Shown here piece after piece: positions 18,229 through 28,059 of a stretch of DNA of 64,000 nucleotides. The stretch covers positions 6,381 to 70,380 of the forward strand of contig PJMF01000019.1 of assembly GCA_003173865.1 (NCBI GenBank), in the 5' to 3' direction. This DNA is from Minisyncoccota bacterium (lineage in GTDB: Bacteria > Patescibacteriota > Microgenomatia > UBA1400 > PJMF01). How positions within the stretch are numbered: position 1 is the stretch's first letter; every line of letters begins with the position of its first letter. A program made the position numbers and the translations under genes. The notes under the pieces are model-generated. The model was given only the letters and a program-made list of their open reading frames with translations. It did no database searches and was not told the origin of the DNA.

Positions 18229-19938
18229 ATGAGATTTTCCCAAAATCCTTTTAGAACTATTAAAACCGTGAGTAGCGAGCTCGTTTCTAAGAATGCACGT
18301 TTGCTCACTCAAGCGGGTTTTATTCATCAAGAAGTAGCTGGTGTCTATACTTTTTTACCCATTGGTTTGCGCGTCCTCAATAAAATCGAGCAAATTATTC
18401 GCGAAGAAATGGACAAAGTTGCCGTTGAAATTTTGATGACATCGCTTGCTCCGCAAGAAGTCTGGCAAACCACTGGCCGCATCGCCACTGTTGATGTCCT
18501 CATGAAGACAGTTGGCGCGAATCCTCTTTCGCAAGCTAAAAATGATACTTCTTATGTGTTAGGCTCCACACATGAAGAAGTCGTGACCCCGTTGGTACAG
18601 TCGTTCACCCGCAGTTATAAAGAACTTCCAATCGGTGTCTATCAAATTCAAACCAAGTTCCGCAATGAACCACGTGCGAAGTCCGGTCTGCTTCGCTGCC
18701 GCGAGTTCCGTATGAAAGATGCATATAGCTTTCATACTTCAGAAGCAGACTTAAAAAAATACTATGAAGTAATGAAGCAGGCATACACCAACATATTTGA
18801 ACGCGTTGGTCTAGGAAAAGATACCATCATTGCACTCGCCTCCGGCGGAGATTTTACGCCAGATTTTTCACATGAGTTTCAAACCATTTGTGAAGCAGGC
18901 GAAGATATAATTTTTCGAGCACGTTCAGCAAACATTAACTTCAATCGAGAAGTGACGCCGAGTCAAGCGCCTGCCTTAAATGATCAAGATGAAGAGATGA
19001 AACCTCGCGAAGACGTTTTTGGTGAAAACATTATTGGGGTTGAAGAACTCGCAGCTTTTTTACACATACCCGTCGCCAAAACGACCAAAACAATTCTCTT
19101 TGAAAATGAAAAAGGCGAAGTCATCGCAGCTGCTGTACGTGGTGGCTATGACATTAACGAAGAAAAACTCAAGAAAATCGCTGCGTGCAAAGAACTAAAA
19201 CTTGCTGCGGCAGAAACTGTCAAACGTGTCACCCACGCAGAAGTTGGTTATGCCGGTGTCCTCAACCTGCCTCCAGAAGTCAAAGTATTTTTTGACGAAT
19301 CAACCAGTAATCGCAAAAATTTCGAGTGCGGTGCAAATAAAACGCATTACCACAGCATCAACATCAACTTTGATCGGGATATTCCTATGCCGGAGAAGTT
19401 TTATGACTTCAAAGTTGCACAGGAAGGGGATATATATCCGGAAACCAGCGAGGTCTACGAAGTTGTCAAAGCGTGTGAAGTCGGAAATATTTTTCCGCTG
19501 AATACAAAGTTTTCGAAGGCGTTTGGCTTCCACTACACCGATGAACAAGGACAGGAAAAACCGGTGTACATGGGTTGCTACGGCATTGGCCCTTCTCGTC
19601 TCGTCGGAGTTTTGGTGGAACGATTTGCTGACGCAAACGGCATGGTGTGGCCAGAATCTGTGGCACCTTTTCAAGTACACTTAATTGACATCAACGCACA
19701 TGACAAAGGTCAAGCAATCTACGATGCACTCAAACAGCAAGGCATTGAAGTTCTCTGGGATGATCGAGATGTTCGGGCCGGCGAGAAATTCGCCGATGCT
19801 GACTTAATCGGCATTCCCCATCGTCTTGTTGTTTCAGCCAAAACTGGTGAAAAAGTTGAGTGGAAACGGCGCACAGAAAATCAGGCACAAATTGTCGACG
19901 TTGATGCAGCGATTAAACAAATTCTCGGTAACTCGTAA
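18229..19938 (+). CDS. proS: Prolyl-tRNA synthetase with INS/YbaK-like editing domain
   Basis: THEEV, QIQTKFRNEPRAKSGLLRCREFRMKDAYSF, CGAN editing motif, MGCYGIG, GEKFADADLIGIP. Confidence 0.97.
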   Translation: MRFSQNPFRTIKTVSSELVSKNARLLTQAGFIHQEVAGVYTFLPIGLRVLNKIEQIIREEMDKVAVEILMTSLAPQEVWQTTGRIATVDVLMKTVGANPLSQAKNDTSYVLGSTHEEVVTPLVQSFTRSYKELPIGVYQIQTKFRNEPRAKSGLLRCREFRMKDAYSFHTSEADLKKYYEVMKQAYTNIFERVGLGKDTIIALASGGDFTPDFSHEFQTICEAGEDIIFRARSANINFNREVTPSQAPALNDQDEEMKPREDVFGENIIGVEELAAFLHIPVAKTTKTILFENEKGEVIAAAVRGGYDINEEKLKKIAACKELKLAAAETVKRVTHAEVGYAGVLNLPPEVKVFFDESTSNRKNFECGANKTHYHSININFDRDIPMPEKFYDFKVAQEGDIYPETSEVYEVVKACEVGNIFPLNTKFSKAFGFHYTDEQGQEKPVYMGCYGIGPSRLVGVLVERFADANGMVWPESVAPFQVHLIDINAHDKGQAIYDALKQQGIEVLWDDRDVRAGEKFADADLIGIPHRLVVSAKTGEKVEWKRRTENQAQIVDVDAAIKQILGNS

Positions 19939-19945
19939 GGCTACT

Positions 19946-20275
19946 ATGCCTGGCTCTATCTTTACCACTCATGCCCATCAGCGTCTGCAAGAACGTTCAA
20001 TTCCTCTAAGCGACGCCGAACTTGCACTCAGCAAACCCGACCGCACTGTCCCAGGAAAAAAACCCCATACCGTCAAGTTCATCAAGCAAGTGCATGGAAG
20101 GAATATCCAGCTAGTCGCCACTTATCTCCAAGATCAAGACAAATGGTTAGTCGTGTCTGTTTGGGTGAGGGGAGAGGATGATAAGGTACCCTTGACGTGG
20201 CTGGTCATCACAGCACCGTTTAAATTACTTTGGTGGTTGATAAAAAAAGCCGCAAAAACTGCCAGAAATATTTAG
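19946..20275 (+). CDS. DUF4258-like small protein with amphipathic C-terminal tail
   Basis: FTTHAHQRLQERSI...PD...WLVVSVWVR. Confidence 0.7.
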   Translation: MPGSIFTTHAHQRLQERSIPLSDAELALSKPDRTVPGKKPHTVKFIKQVHGRNIQLVATYLQDQDKWLVVSVWVRGEDDKVPLTWLVITAPFKLLWWLIKKAAKTARNI

Positions 20276-20379
20276 TCCTATAATATTATTTTCTTATATC
20301 TGAACAACTAGTTATACACTCTCTTATCGCACTATTTTGTCTATGGGTTTTTTCTGTATCAAAGCGTAAAGTAGTGACT

Positions 20380-20460
20380 ATCCCGGTGAGGGCACCCACG
20401 GCGACATTCCTCTTAACCTCAAGTTATGATGGCTGTTGCGGTGGGTCCTTTGTTGGGAGA
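20380..20460 (+). ncRNA. Candidate ~80-nt long-hairpin RNA
   Basis: TCCC/GGGA, TGAGGG/CCTTTG, ACCCAC/GTGGGT, GCGACA/TGTTGC, TAAC/GTTA; many G-U pairs on the + strand; GC-rich within an AT-rich intergenic gap. Confidence 0.5.
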
Positions 20461-20478
20461 TCTGATATACTTCTCAGG

Positions 20479-21348
20479 ATGGTAAAACACTTAATCGTCA
20501 CTCATCACGCACCCGACCTGGATGCCATTGGCGCAGTGTGGTTGCTCAAACGTTTTGACGCCCAGCACTTTGCCGATGCCCAACTCAGTTTCGTTGACCC
20601 GGGAAACACGATTCATCCCAGCGAAGCAGAAAAATTAGGCTTCCAAATGCACGAGGTCACTCATGTGGATACTGGTCAAGGTGAGTTCGATCATCATCAG
20701 GCCGAGCGCGGTCATCTCCGGATTTGTGCGAGCTCACTTGTTTTTGATCATATTTGTCAACTTCACCCAGAAGAAAAAGAAAACGAAGCACTCAAGTATC
20801 TTGTCAACTTTATTACCGAGATCGATCACTTTGGCGAAATTAACTGGCCAGAAGCAAACTCACCTCGCTACTGCTTCATGATTCACGAACTTTTGGAAGG
20901 ATTTGAAGGAGTTGACCCGCACGATGATGACTCACAACTCAACTTTGGGATGCGTTGTCTTGACTGCGCATACTCTTCACTGCGTGACAACTTTCATGCG
21001 GAAGCGGTACTGAAAGAAGGCCAAGACTTTTCCCTTGCCCAAGGAAAATCGCTGGCAATCGAGACACGTGACGATCACATCATCAAGTACGCTCAAAAAA
21101 AAGGATATGTCTTAGTCATTCGTCGAGATCCTAAATTGGGGGAGATGCGGATTAAAGCCCGTCCAGATGTAGATCTTGACCTCAAACCACTTGCTGAGGC
21201 AATTCAAGCAATTGATCACAAAGGCACGTGGTATTACCACCCCAGTGGGAAAATGCTGCTCAATGGCTCGAAAAAACATCGCCATCAAAGACCAACAACC
21301 CTTTCCATCCAACAAGTTGTTGAGTTAGTCAAAGGAATTTATGAGTGA
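20479..21348 (+). CDS. DHH-superfamily phosphoesterase (MYG1-like)
   Basis: VTHHAPDLDAI, HVDTG, FDHHQ. Confidence 0.7.
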   Translation: MVKHLIVTHHAPDLDAIGAVWLLKRFDAQHFADAQLSFVDPGNTIHPSEAEKLGFQMHEVTHVDTGQGEFDHHQAERGHLRICASSLVFDHICQLHPEEKENEALKYLVNFITEIDHFGEINWPEANSPRYCFMIHELLEGFEGVDPHDDDSQLNFGMRCLDCAYSSLRDNFHAEAVLKEGQDFSLAQGKSLAIETRDDHIIKYAQKKGYVLVIRRDPKLGEMRIKARPDVDLDLKPLAEAIQAIDHKGTWYYHPSGKMLLNGSKKHRHQRPTTLSIQQVVELVKGIYE

Positions 21349-21676
21349 CACCTCAAGTATTGACTCAATTTTTACCAAAATCATTAAGCGCGAAATTCCT
21401 GGCAAGATCCAGTATGAAGATGATCAGTTTATTGTCTTCAATGACATTCATCCCCAGGCGCCAGTGCATGTGCTTATCGTCTCCAAAGAACCACATGAAT
21501 CACTCGAAAAGATAAGTACAGAAGACATTCACTTCCACGCCGAGCTTCTCCTGGTGGCTCGGAAAGTCGCCAAGTTGCTGGGTATTCAAAAGAGCTACAA
21601 ACTCATGATGAACGTGGGCGCTCCTGCCCAAGAAGTTATGCATCTGCATCTCCATTTGATGGGTGGCTGGAAATAG
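21341..21676 (+). CDS. HIT (histidine triad) family hydrolase
   Basis: SIFTKII, DIHPQAPVHVL, HLHLHLMGG. Confidence 0.93.
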   Translation: MSDTSSIDSIFTKIIKREIPGKIQYEDDQFIVFNDIHPQAPVHVLIVSKEPHESLEKISTEDIHFHAELLLVARKVAKLLGIQKSYKLMMNVGAPAQEVMHLHLHLMGGWK

Positions 21677-21718
21677 GCTATAATTCCAGGCATTATATCC
21701 GAGGGGAGGTGTTCTTAA

Positions 21719-21997
21719 GTGCCTATTATTCTTAAAGCACGCAGCGATGATCACACAGGTGATTTAATTAAGAAATTCAAAAAAATCATTGCAGCTACCG
21801 ACATTATTCAAATCGTCAAAGATCGACGTTACTACCAGAAACCTTCCGAAATTCGTACGGTTCGCCAAAACGAAATTCGTCGGATGAAAAAACGACAGAA
21901 ATCAATTAAACGTTTAAAAAATGCCCCAATTCCAAAGCCTCCCAAACGCTTTGCAAACAAGTTCGATAACAAATTTGAAAAAAAGAGTTACGAATAA
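21719..21997 (+). CDS. rpsU: 30S ribosomal protein S21
   Basis: LIKKFKK...KDRRYYQKPSE; basic; GGAGG SD; follows HIT gene. Confidence 0.82.
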   Translation: MPIILKARSDDHTGDLIKKFKKIIAATDIIQIVKDRRYYQKPSEIRTVRQNEIRRMKKRQKSIKRLKNAPIPKPPKRFANKFDNKFEKKSYE

Positions 21998-22011
21998 AAA
22001 AACGTCATTTT

Positions 22012-22041
22012 TAAAAAGCTCCCTTTTACAGGGAGCTTTTT
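22012..22041. terminator. Bidirectional intrinsic terminator
   Basis: AAAAAGCTCCCT-TTTAC-AGGGAGCTTTTT between convergent genes. Confidence 0.85.
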
Positions 22042-22047
22042 GATTCA

Positions 22048-22533
22048 TCAAGCTGCTTTCTTCGCGCCTTTCATACTCGCCCGTATATCAAACTCGCGCT
22101 GCTCACCCGTACTCGTATCAAACATTTTACTGCCCGTCATTTGATAGTAATTCAAGAGATGATTGTTGAGCGCCTCTTGAACCTCTTTCTTTTGCGTACT
22201 TAAATCAGTAATGTCGGACTGCAGCTGATTTGCCTCTAAGCTGTTCTTTAACTCTGACTTACGTTCTTTTACTTTTTGCGTTACTTCCTGAGCTTGATGT
22301 TCAGCTGCTGCTAAGTTTTCATCATTCTCAAAAATATTTTTTAAACTTTGGCGTTGGATCTTTAACTCTTCGTTAATACGATCCAACTCATTTGCATTGC
22401 GTTCTATGACATTTTGTAATGATACTAACGTTGTGGCAACATCACTTCCTTGATTTGTTTCTTCCAGCGCTTGACGTGCAAGATCGTCACCAGTTTGGAT
22501 TTGAGATGATTGAGTATTTTGAGTATTTGACAT
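22048..22533 (-). CDS. Coiled-coil hypothetical protein
   Basis: Long Q/E/K/L heptad helix; AAGGAG SD. Confidence 0.75.
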   Translation of the reverse strand: MSNTQNTQSSQIQTGDDLARQALEETNQGSDVATTLVSLQNVIERNANELDRINEELKIQRQSLKNIFENDENLAAAEHQAQEVTQKVKERKSELKNSLEANQLQSDITDLSTQKKEVQEALNNHLLNYYQMTGSKMFDTSTGEQREFDIRASMKGAKKAA

Positions 22534-22613
22534 AGTTCTCCTTTAAAGGAGAACACCATATCGCATTTTGCTCCTTCTTGCAAGCTGCCATACAGCCGTC
22601 CATAATGAAGAAA

Positions 22614-24050
22614 ATGAATACAAGTGATTTGAGTATATTTTCTGCTCTCGATTTCCGAAAAACCAAAATTGTTGCCACTATTGGACCTGCAACCGAATCT
22701 GAAGATCGAATTCGTCAACTCATCACTGCTGGTGTAAACGTGATGCGCTTTAACACCAAGCATAATCAACCCGAGTGGCATCTCCAAGCAATTGAACGCG
22801 TCCAAGCAATTGCATATGAGATGCGCGTTCCTATCGGTATTTTGCTTGATCTACAGGGTCCTGAAATTCGCATCACTTTGAGCAAAGGAGACTGCTTTGC
22901 GGCGGCGAAAGACAGTACGGTAATCTTTACTTCCACTCCTCTCCAATCGGCTGATATGGTTATTCAAATTCCACAGCAAGTAATTGAAAGTCTTGAAGTG
23001 GGCAACCATATCATTCTGGACGATGGAAATTGTGAGATGGTAATTACTGCGAAGCAGCGAGATCACTTCGAAGTCAAAATACTGGACGACTGCACGATTA
23101 ACACTCGCAAAACGATGAACACTCCCGGCGTAGTCATGGACATGCCATCGCTTTTGCCGACTGACCTCCATTACCTTGATGTACTTAAAAAAAGTCAAAT
23201 TGGATTTGTGGCACTTTCTTTCGTTCGCGATGAACATGACATTCAGCTACTCAAAGATGAACTCATCAAGCGAGATATGCACGCTGAGGTGATTGCCAAG
23301 ATAGAAAATCAAAAGGCTCTCGACAATCTTGATTCTATTATTGCCAAAAGTGACGGGGTGATGGTGGCCCGCGGAGATCTCGCAGTTGAAGTAAATTTCG
23401 AAGAACTCGCCTTCTGGCAAAAGAAAATCATTAAAAAATGCCAACAAATTGGCAAACCCGTTATCACAGCAACTCAAATGCTTGCATCGATGGCAGAAAG
23501 CTCCCACCCCACCCGCGCCGAGATTTGTGACGTGGCCAATTCAGTATATGACGGCACAGATGCCGTGATGCTCTCTGAAGAAACCACATATGGCAAGTAT
23601 CCGATTAAAACAGTTCTCACCCAAGCAAAAATCGTCAGTTTTTACGAGAAGCAACCCATCGTCTTTAATGTGCCTTTGCAACCACCCAGTGATGTCATTG
23701 CTCTTTCTCAAAAAATAATTGAGTTGCTTCATAACCAACCAGAACCAATCCAAAAAATGATTGTAAGCTGTGATGATGAGACGCTCGTCCATCAACTTAC
23801 TCGTTATCGATCGGCCGTGCCACTTCTTGCCGTTCTGACGAATCTAGAACTGGCACAAAAACTTAGCCTTTCCTATGGCGTAGTTCCTTTTTGTGTCGTT
23901 GGTAAAAATCTTGCCGATTTGAGTACTGAAGACGTCGTCGCACTGCTTCGTCAACAAGAAAAAGTGGCCTCCGGAGAAAAAGTGATCTTCGCAAGCTGTC
24001 TTTCTGCTACTGCAAGTTACAAACAAAGTCCAGTAATTTTCGATGTATAA
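22614..24050 (+). CDS. pyk: Pyruvate kinase
   Basis: RKTKIVATIGPA, DLQGPEIR, IAKIEN, MVARGDL, TATQML, DAVMLSEET. Confidence 0.96.
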   Translation: MNTSDLSIFSALDFRKTKIVATIGPATESEDRIRQLITAGVNVMRFNTKHNQPEWHLQAIERVQAIAYEMRVPIGILLDLQGPEIRITLSKGDCFAAAKDSTVIFTSTPLQSADMVIQIPQQVIESLEVGNHIILDDGNCEMVITAKQRDHFEVKILDDCTINTRKTMNTPGVVMDMPSLLPTDLHYLDVLKKSQIGFVALSFVRDEHDIQLLKDELIKRDMHAEVIAKIENQKALDNLDSIIAKSDGVMVARGDLAVEVNFEELAFWQKKIIKKCQQIGKPVITATQMLASMAESSHPTRAEICDVANSVYDGTDAVMLSEETTYGKYPIKTVLTQAKIVSFYEKQPIVFNVPLQPPSDVIALSQKIIELLHNQPEPIQKMIVSCDDETLVHQLTRYRSAVPLLAVLTNLELAQKLSLSYGVVPFCVVGKNLADLSTEDVVALLRQQEKVASGEKVIFASCLSATASYKQSPVIFDV

Positions 24051-24089
24051 TAAGGTACGTAGTATTTATTCCGATCAAAAAAGGAACGT

Positions 24090-24404
24090 ATGGCACAAAA
24101 AAATAACGGTGGGGGATTACTCGCTTTACTCGCAGGAATCGCAGCCGGAGCTGCTGCAGTTTTTCTCTCCAAAGAAGAAAATCGTAAAAAAACTCAAGTT
24201 GTCTTGAAAAAAGCAGAAAAACAAATCGTTAAGGCATCGAAGCAAGCAAAGAAAAATCCTAAAAAATTTGCTAAAAAAGTGATGAAAGAAGCCACTCAAG
24301 AGGCGGCGAAGGTAGAAACAGCCGCGGCTAAAGTTGAGAAAAAAGTGGTTGCTAAGGTTAAAAAATCACCCGTACTCAAAGCTGTCGGCAAAAAAACTGC
24401 TTAA
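24090..24404 (+). CDS. YtxH-like membrane-anchored Lys/Ala-rich protein
   Basis: GLLALLAGIAAGAAAVFLS followed by a K/A-rich helix. Confidence 0.7.
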   Translation: MAQKNNGGGLLALLAGIAAGAAAVFLSKEENRKKTQVVLKKAEKQIVKASKQAKKNPKKFAKKVMKEATQEAAKVETAAAKVEKKVVAKVKKSPVLKAVGKKTA

Positions 24405-24425
24405 AAATCTCATTGGGAAGCTGAT

Positions 24426-26168
24426 ATGCATGTTGTGCGAAAGCTTTTTCTTTCTGATTGGGTAGTTTGGGTGCTATCTTTGTTGTGTTGTTGGATCATC
24501 GCGGCTTTCCTGTGTATTCCTTGGTTTGGACACTTACCCAACGGTTTAAATCGTGATGAAGCTGCACTTGGATATAACGCGTATAGTTTGCTCAAAACTG
24601 GTCGTGACGAGTTTGGGGTGAAGTGGCCAGTGAGCATTACTTCATTTGGCGACCAAAAACTCCCCGTCTATGTCTATACGTTAATTCCATTCATTGCGGC
24701 ATTTGGATTAAAGTCAGAAGTGATTCGTTTGCCGTCACTCATGGCAGGTTTTGTTGTGATCGCAGGGATGGGTCTACTGGCCTTGCGAATTTCCACGTCT
24801 CTTCAACTCAAGCGCAACCAGCGGCTATTACTCAGTTTTCTCACGATGTTATTTATTGCAGTCAGTCCGTGGTCGACTCATTTTTCGCGTGTTGCGTATG
24901 AGGCACATCTCTCAATGGCACTTTTTATTTTGGGTTTCTTGAGTTATATCAGCGCAATCGCTTCCAAACACACTCGCCCGCAGCGAATGCTCCTCATCTT
25001 CGCGGGAGCCGCTTGGTCACTTACTTTGCTTACTTATCACAGTTACCAGATCTTGACACCTTTATTTATTTGTGGACTAGCGGTACTCGACTTTGCGCGC
25101 ATCAAAAAACTCGATAAAGTTGGCGTCGGAACTGCCTGCTTAATTGGAGTAATTACCGTTATCCTTCTTTACAAAGGGGGAGTGTGGCAAGCAAATCAAG
25201 TCAAAAATAGTGGAATTACACCCTTTCGTAAAGAAGAACTCCTGGAAAAAGCAAATGAGTACAGAGCTGTTTTGCCTGGAGATAACGCATGGTACGAACG
25301 AGTATTTACTAATCCCGCGGTGGAAGGCGTCACTGTTCTTTCGCAAAATTTGACTAAAACTATTTCTGGCGACTTTTTCTTTGTACACGGGAGTGGCCAC
25401 GGTGATCATAACCCCGGTAACATGAATAACTTTCATCTGTATGTAGCGCCGCTCTTATTATTTGGTCTGCTCGAGTTATGGGAGTATCGCAAAGATCATA
25501 ATATGAGACGAATTTCCCTCTGGCTTTGTTTTGGTTTGCTTGCACCAGCATTGACGATCCAACCCAATCATGAAGTCCGCATGTCTCCCATCTTTCCACT
25601 GCTTGAGTTTGTGGGAGCATTCGGTGCTGTTATGTTCGTGACACATATTCGCCAAAAATGGATTCAAGTTGTAGTGTGTCTTGGCTTCCTTTTCGTGGTT
25701 TTTATTTCGAGTGCTCGGTTTTTTATTCAGTATGCGTACATTATTCCCAGTCGCATTGAGTCACACTATAGTTATGAAGTCCTTGCTCATGCATTGCAGA
25801 AGTATCAATCTCCACAAGTATCGGTGATTACGAATGCTCCCAATACTTCGCCGTATATCTGGTATCTTGTTGATAGCTCCTTTGATCCAGCTTTGCTGCA
25901 AAGTCAAATCGAAAGATATCCGGCCGATAAAGAAGGATTTTTACACGTTAAAAGAATCGGCAAGCTCTACTTCATTACACCAAATTGGGATGACTTATTG
26001 ACTTGGTCAAAAGAAGAACCATTGATTATCATCTTAAATCCAAAAGAAATTCCAACTGACAAACGCAAAGATCCACACATGACGAAGCTTGACACCTTTA
26101 CCAATGAACACGGTGAAGTGATCTATGAGGTATGGAAACTGAACTACGTAAATAAAATTGCACGATAA
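24426..26168 (+). CDS. GT-C fold membrane glycosyltransferase (ArnT/PMT-like)
   Basis: DEAALGYNAYSLLKTGRDE, FGDQKLP, SPWSTHFSR; multiple TMs. Confidence 0.85.
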   Translation: MHVVRKLFLSDWVVWVLSLLCCWIIAAFLCIPWFGHLPNGLNRDEAALGYNAYSLLKTGRDEFGVKWPVSITSFGDQKLPVYVYTLIPFIAAFGLKSEVIRLPSLMAGFVVIAGMGLLALRISTSLQLKRNQRLLLSFLTMLFIAVSPWSTHFSRVAYEAHLSMALFILGFLSYISAIASKHTRPQRMLLIFAGAAWSLTLLTYHSYQILTPLFICGLAVLDFARIKKLDKVGVGTACLIGVITVILLYKGGVWQANQVKNSGITPFRKEELLEKANEYRAVLPGDNAWYERVFTNPAVEGVTVLSQNLTKTISGDFFFVHGSGHGDHNPGNMNNFHLYVAPLLLFGLLELWEYRKDHNMRRISLWLCFGLLAPALTIQPNHEVRMSPIFPLLEFVGAFGAVMFVTHIRQKWIQVVVCLGFLFVVFISSARFFIQYAYIIPSRIESHYSYEVLAHALQKYQSPQVSVITNAPNTSPYIWYLVDSSFDPALLQSQIERYPADKEGFLHVKRIGKLYFITPNWDDLLTWSKEEPLIIILNPKEIPTDKRKDPHMTKLDTFTNEHGEVIYEVWKLNYVNKIAR

Positions 26169-26204
26169 TTGACTTGCAGTTTTGCGACTGTTACGCTGAG
26201 CATC

Positions 26205-27290
26205 ATGATGATGAAGATTTTTTACTACTGTTTTCTTTTTGCGATGTTTACCGCTTTTAGCATAGGTGTCACGAACATTCATCAACGAGTAATTGACCTC
26301 CCCAACAAAGACGCGCGGATTCAGATTCACACAGATATCATTACATCTCAGGCAAAATCTCCGTATCGTTACCGTGTCCTTTTTCCGTACGTGACGGAAT
26401 GGATTGTGGACTCGATTATTCCCGTCAATGTCATTGATATAAATACGAAACTAGACCCCAATTTTCCCGCCACTTCACTTCCGGCGCGAGAGTTTAAATT
26501 TGTCCAAACGTGGTATTTACTTGAAGTGATTATTTTATTTTTCGTTTTTGCAAATACTTTTTTGTTTTTAAATCGCTTTCCGTTAATGTATAGGATAGCG
26601 GGTTGTCTGTTTTTATACACGGCGCTCAACGCTGCATTTATCGGTCATGCGTATCAACCGTGGTCGATGATTGAAGCCGCTCTTTTTCCACTTGCTTTCT
26701 TCGTCATGTCAAAAATCAAAAGTCCTAAAGACTTTTGGTGGTTACTTGCCTATCTCGTCATTCTCGTTACTGCTTGCTTTAACCGAGAAACTGGTATTTT
26801 TATCGCCGCATTTTTTGTTATTACAGTATTACTGAGAAAAGAAATATGGAAATTTAAGGTCCCTGTTATTCTCGTTACTTTCATTGGTTTAGCCATCTTG
26901 GGGGGACTGCGAATCTGGAAAGGCTACGCTGAATCGGAGCTGAGTATTCCTCAAATTTATCAAATGAATCTCGCTGGATCAAACACCAATCTGATGATGT
27001 ATGAACTAAAAAATATGTTCTCCATATTTTGGCTTGGGATCATCATCGGACTTTTGAAGTTTAAAAAAGAATGGTGGAACTATCTTCTTCTGATTATACT
27101 GTATTTACCATTTTATGTTGTGTTTGGGTTATGGGCAGAGACGCGTCTTTTACTGCCAATCTTATCCATTTTAATTTTTGCGCTCCTTTATTTCTTCGAA
27201 CAAATGGAGATGTTACTTCAACATCACACTCTGACCAATCACTCGTCTCCAAACGTAGTAAAAGAGCACCGCAAAAGAATTCGAGATTGA
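26205..27290 (+). CDS. Polytopic membrane protein (possible GT-C)
   Basis: About 9-10 hydrophobic segments; PYRYRVL, NRET; start uncertain. Confidence 0.7.
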   Translation: MMMKIFYYCFLFAMFTAFSIGVTNIHQRVIDLPNKDARIQIHTDIITSQAKSPYRYRVLFPYVTEWIVDSIIPVNVIDINTKLDPNFPATSLPAREFKFVQTWYLLEVIILFFVFANTFLFLNRFPLMYRIAGCLFLYTALNAAFIGHAYQPWSMIEAALFPLAFFVMSKIKSPKDFWWLLAYLVILVTACFNRETGIFIAAFFVITVLLRKEIWKFKVPVILVTFIGLAILGGLRIWKGYAESELSIPQIYQMNLAGSNTNLMMYELKNMFSIFWLGIIIGLLKFKKEWWNYLLLIILYLPFYVVFGLWAETRLLLPILSILIFALLYFFEQMEMLLQHHTLTNHSSPNVVKEHRKRIRD

Positions 27291-27980
27291 CTTTGAAGAA
27301 ACACTCGGTGAAGGAGCTCGATAGTGAATTGGCACTTCAGCAAATCGTTTTTTGCGAAGTAAGTATCTCAACTCGGTTTGATAAAAATGAGCCTTTGACA
27401 AAAAGTCGTGTTTTAAAAACTGACCCACTACCTCTGAGTGAAAACCTTGATAGCCAGAAGTCGCGTCATACATCTTTGTACCCAAAAGCATATTGCTCAA
27501 TAACGTGCCGCCTTTAGATAAAATCGTGCGCCGCAGATCTGAGTTTTGAATCGAGCCACCATTAATGAAACGACTCCCAAATGCACACTCGTTTCCTTCA
27601 TTAAGTACTCGCAAAAATAACGGAATTGCCCGAGGATCATGCGAGAGTCCGGCATCCATCTCGATGATGATTTTGTGACCTTTTTTATATGCTGCTCGAT
27701 AGCCCGCCAAGTATGCATCAACGACATTTCGATTTTGGGGAGACCAAACCGTTACAAATCGCTTATCTTGACGAGATAACTGTCGACAGAGTTGGAGCGT
27801 TTTATCTTTCGAGACCTTATCTACCACCAAGTAACATGTTCCAGCGCCTAAGTAATCAAATGTGTCCTTAAGCTGAGTAATGAAGGGCTTAAACTCTTTT
27901 TCTTCATTGGCCATTGGAACGACGATCGCAAAGTTTAAACTAAAGTAATACCCATTCGGTTCTCGTGTAGATTTTTTCAT
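27213..27980 (-). CDS. Glycosyltransferase family 2 (polyprenyl-phosphate sugar synthase-like)
   Basis: VVPMANEE, VVDKVSKD, EMDAGLSHDP, FGSRF, DATSGY, EVPIHY. Confidence 0.88.
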   Translation of the reverse strand: MKKSTREPNGYYFSLNFAIVVPMANEEKEFKPFITQLKDTFDYLGAGTCYLVVDKVSKDKTLQLCRQLSRQDKRFVTVWSPQNRNVVDAYLAGYRAAYKKGHKIIIEMDAGLSHDPRAIPLFLRVLNEGNECAFGSRFINGGSIQNSDLRRTILSKGGTLLSNMLLGTKMYDATSGYQGFHSEVVGQFLKHDFLSKAHFYQTELRYLLRKKRFAEVPIHYRAPSPSVSSKSISNSFAVLFYYVWRRVIGQSVMLK

Positions 27981-28059
27981 GTTTGTCAATCTAGTCTCGT
28001 GTTCTTAAAAGTGGTACTCTTTGTGATATTTTATATCACGATGTATACGAAAGAGCCCT

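Noticed and set aside
20380-20460. SRP (4.5S) RNA or Rho-independent terminator
   Set aside because: No CAGG/GNRA/AGCA helix-8 motif on either strand and no U-tract.
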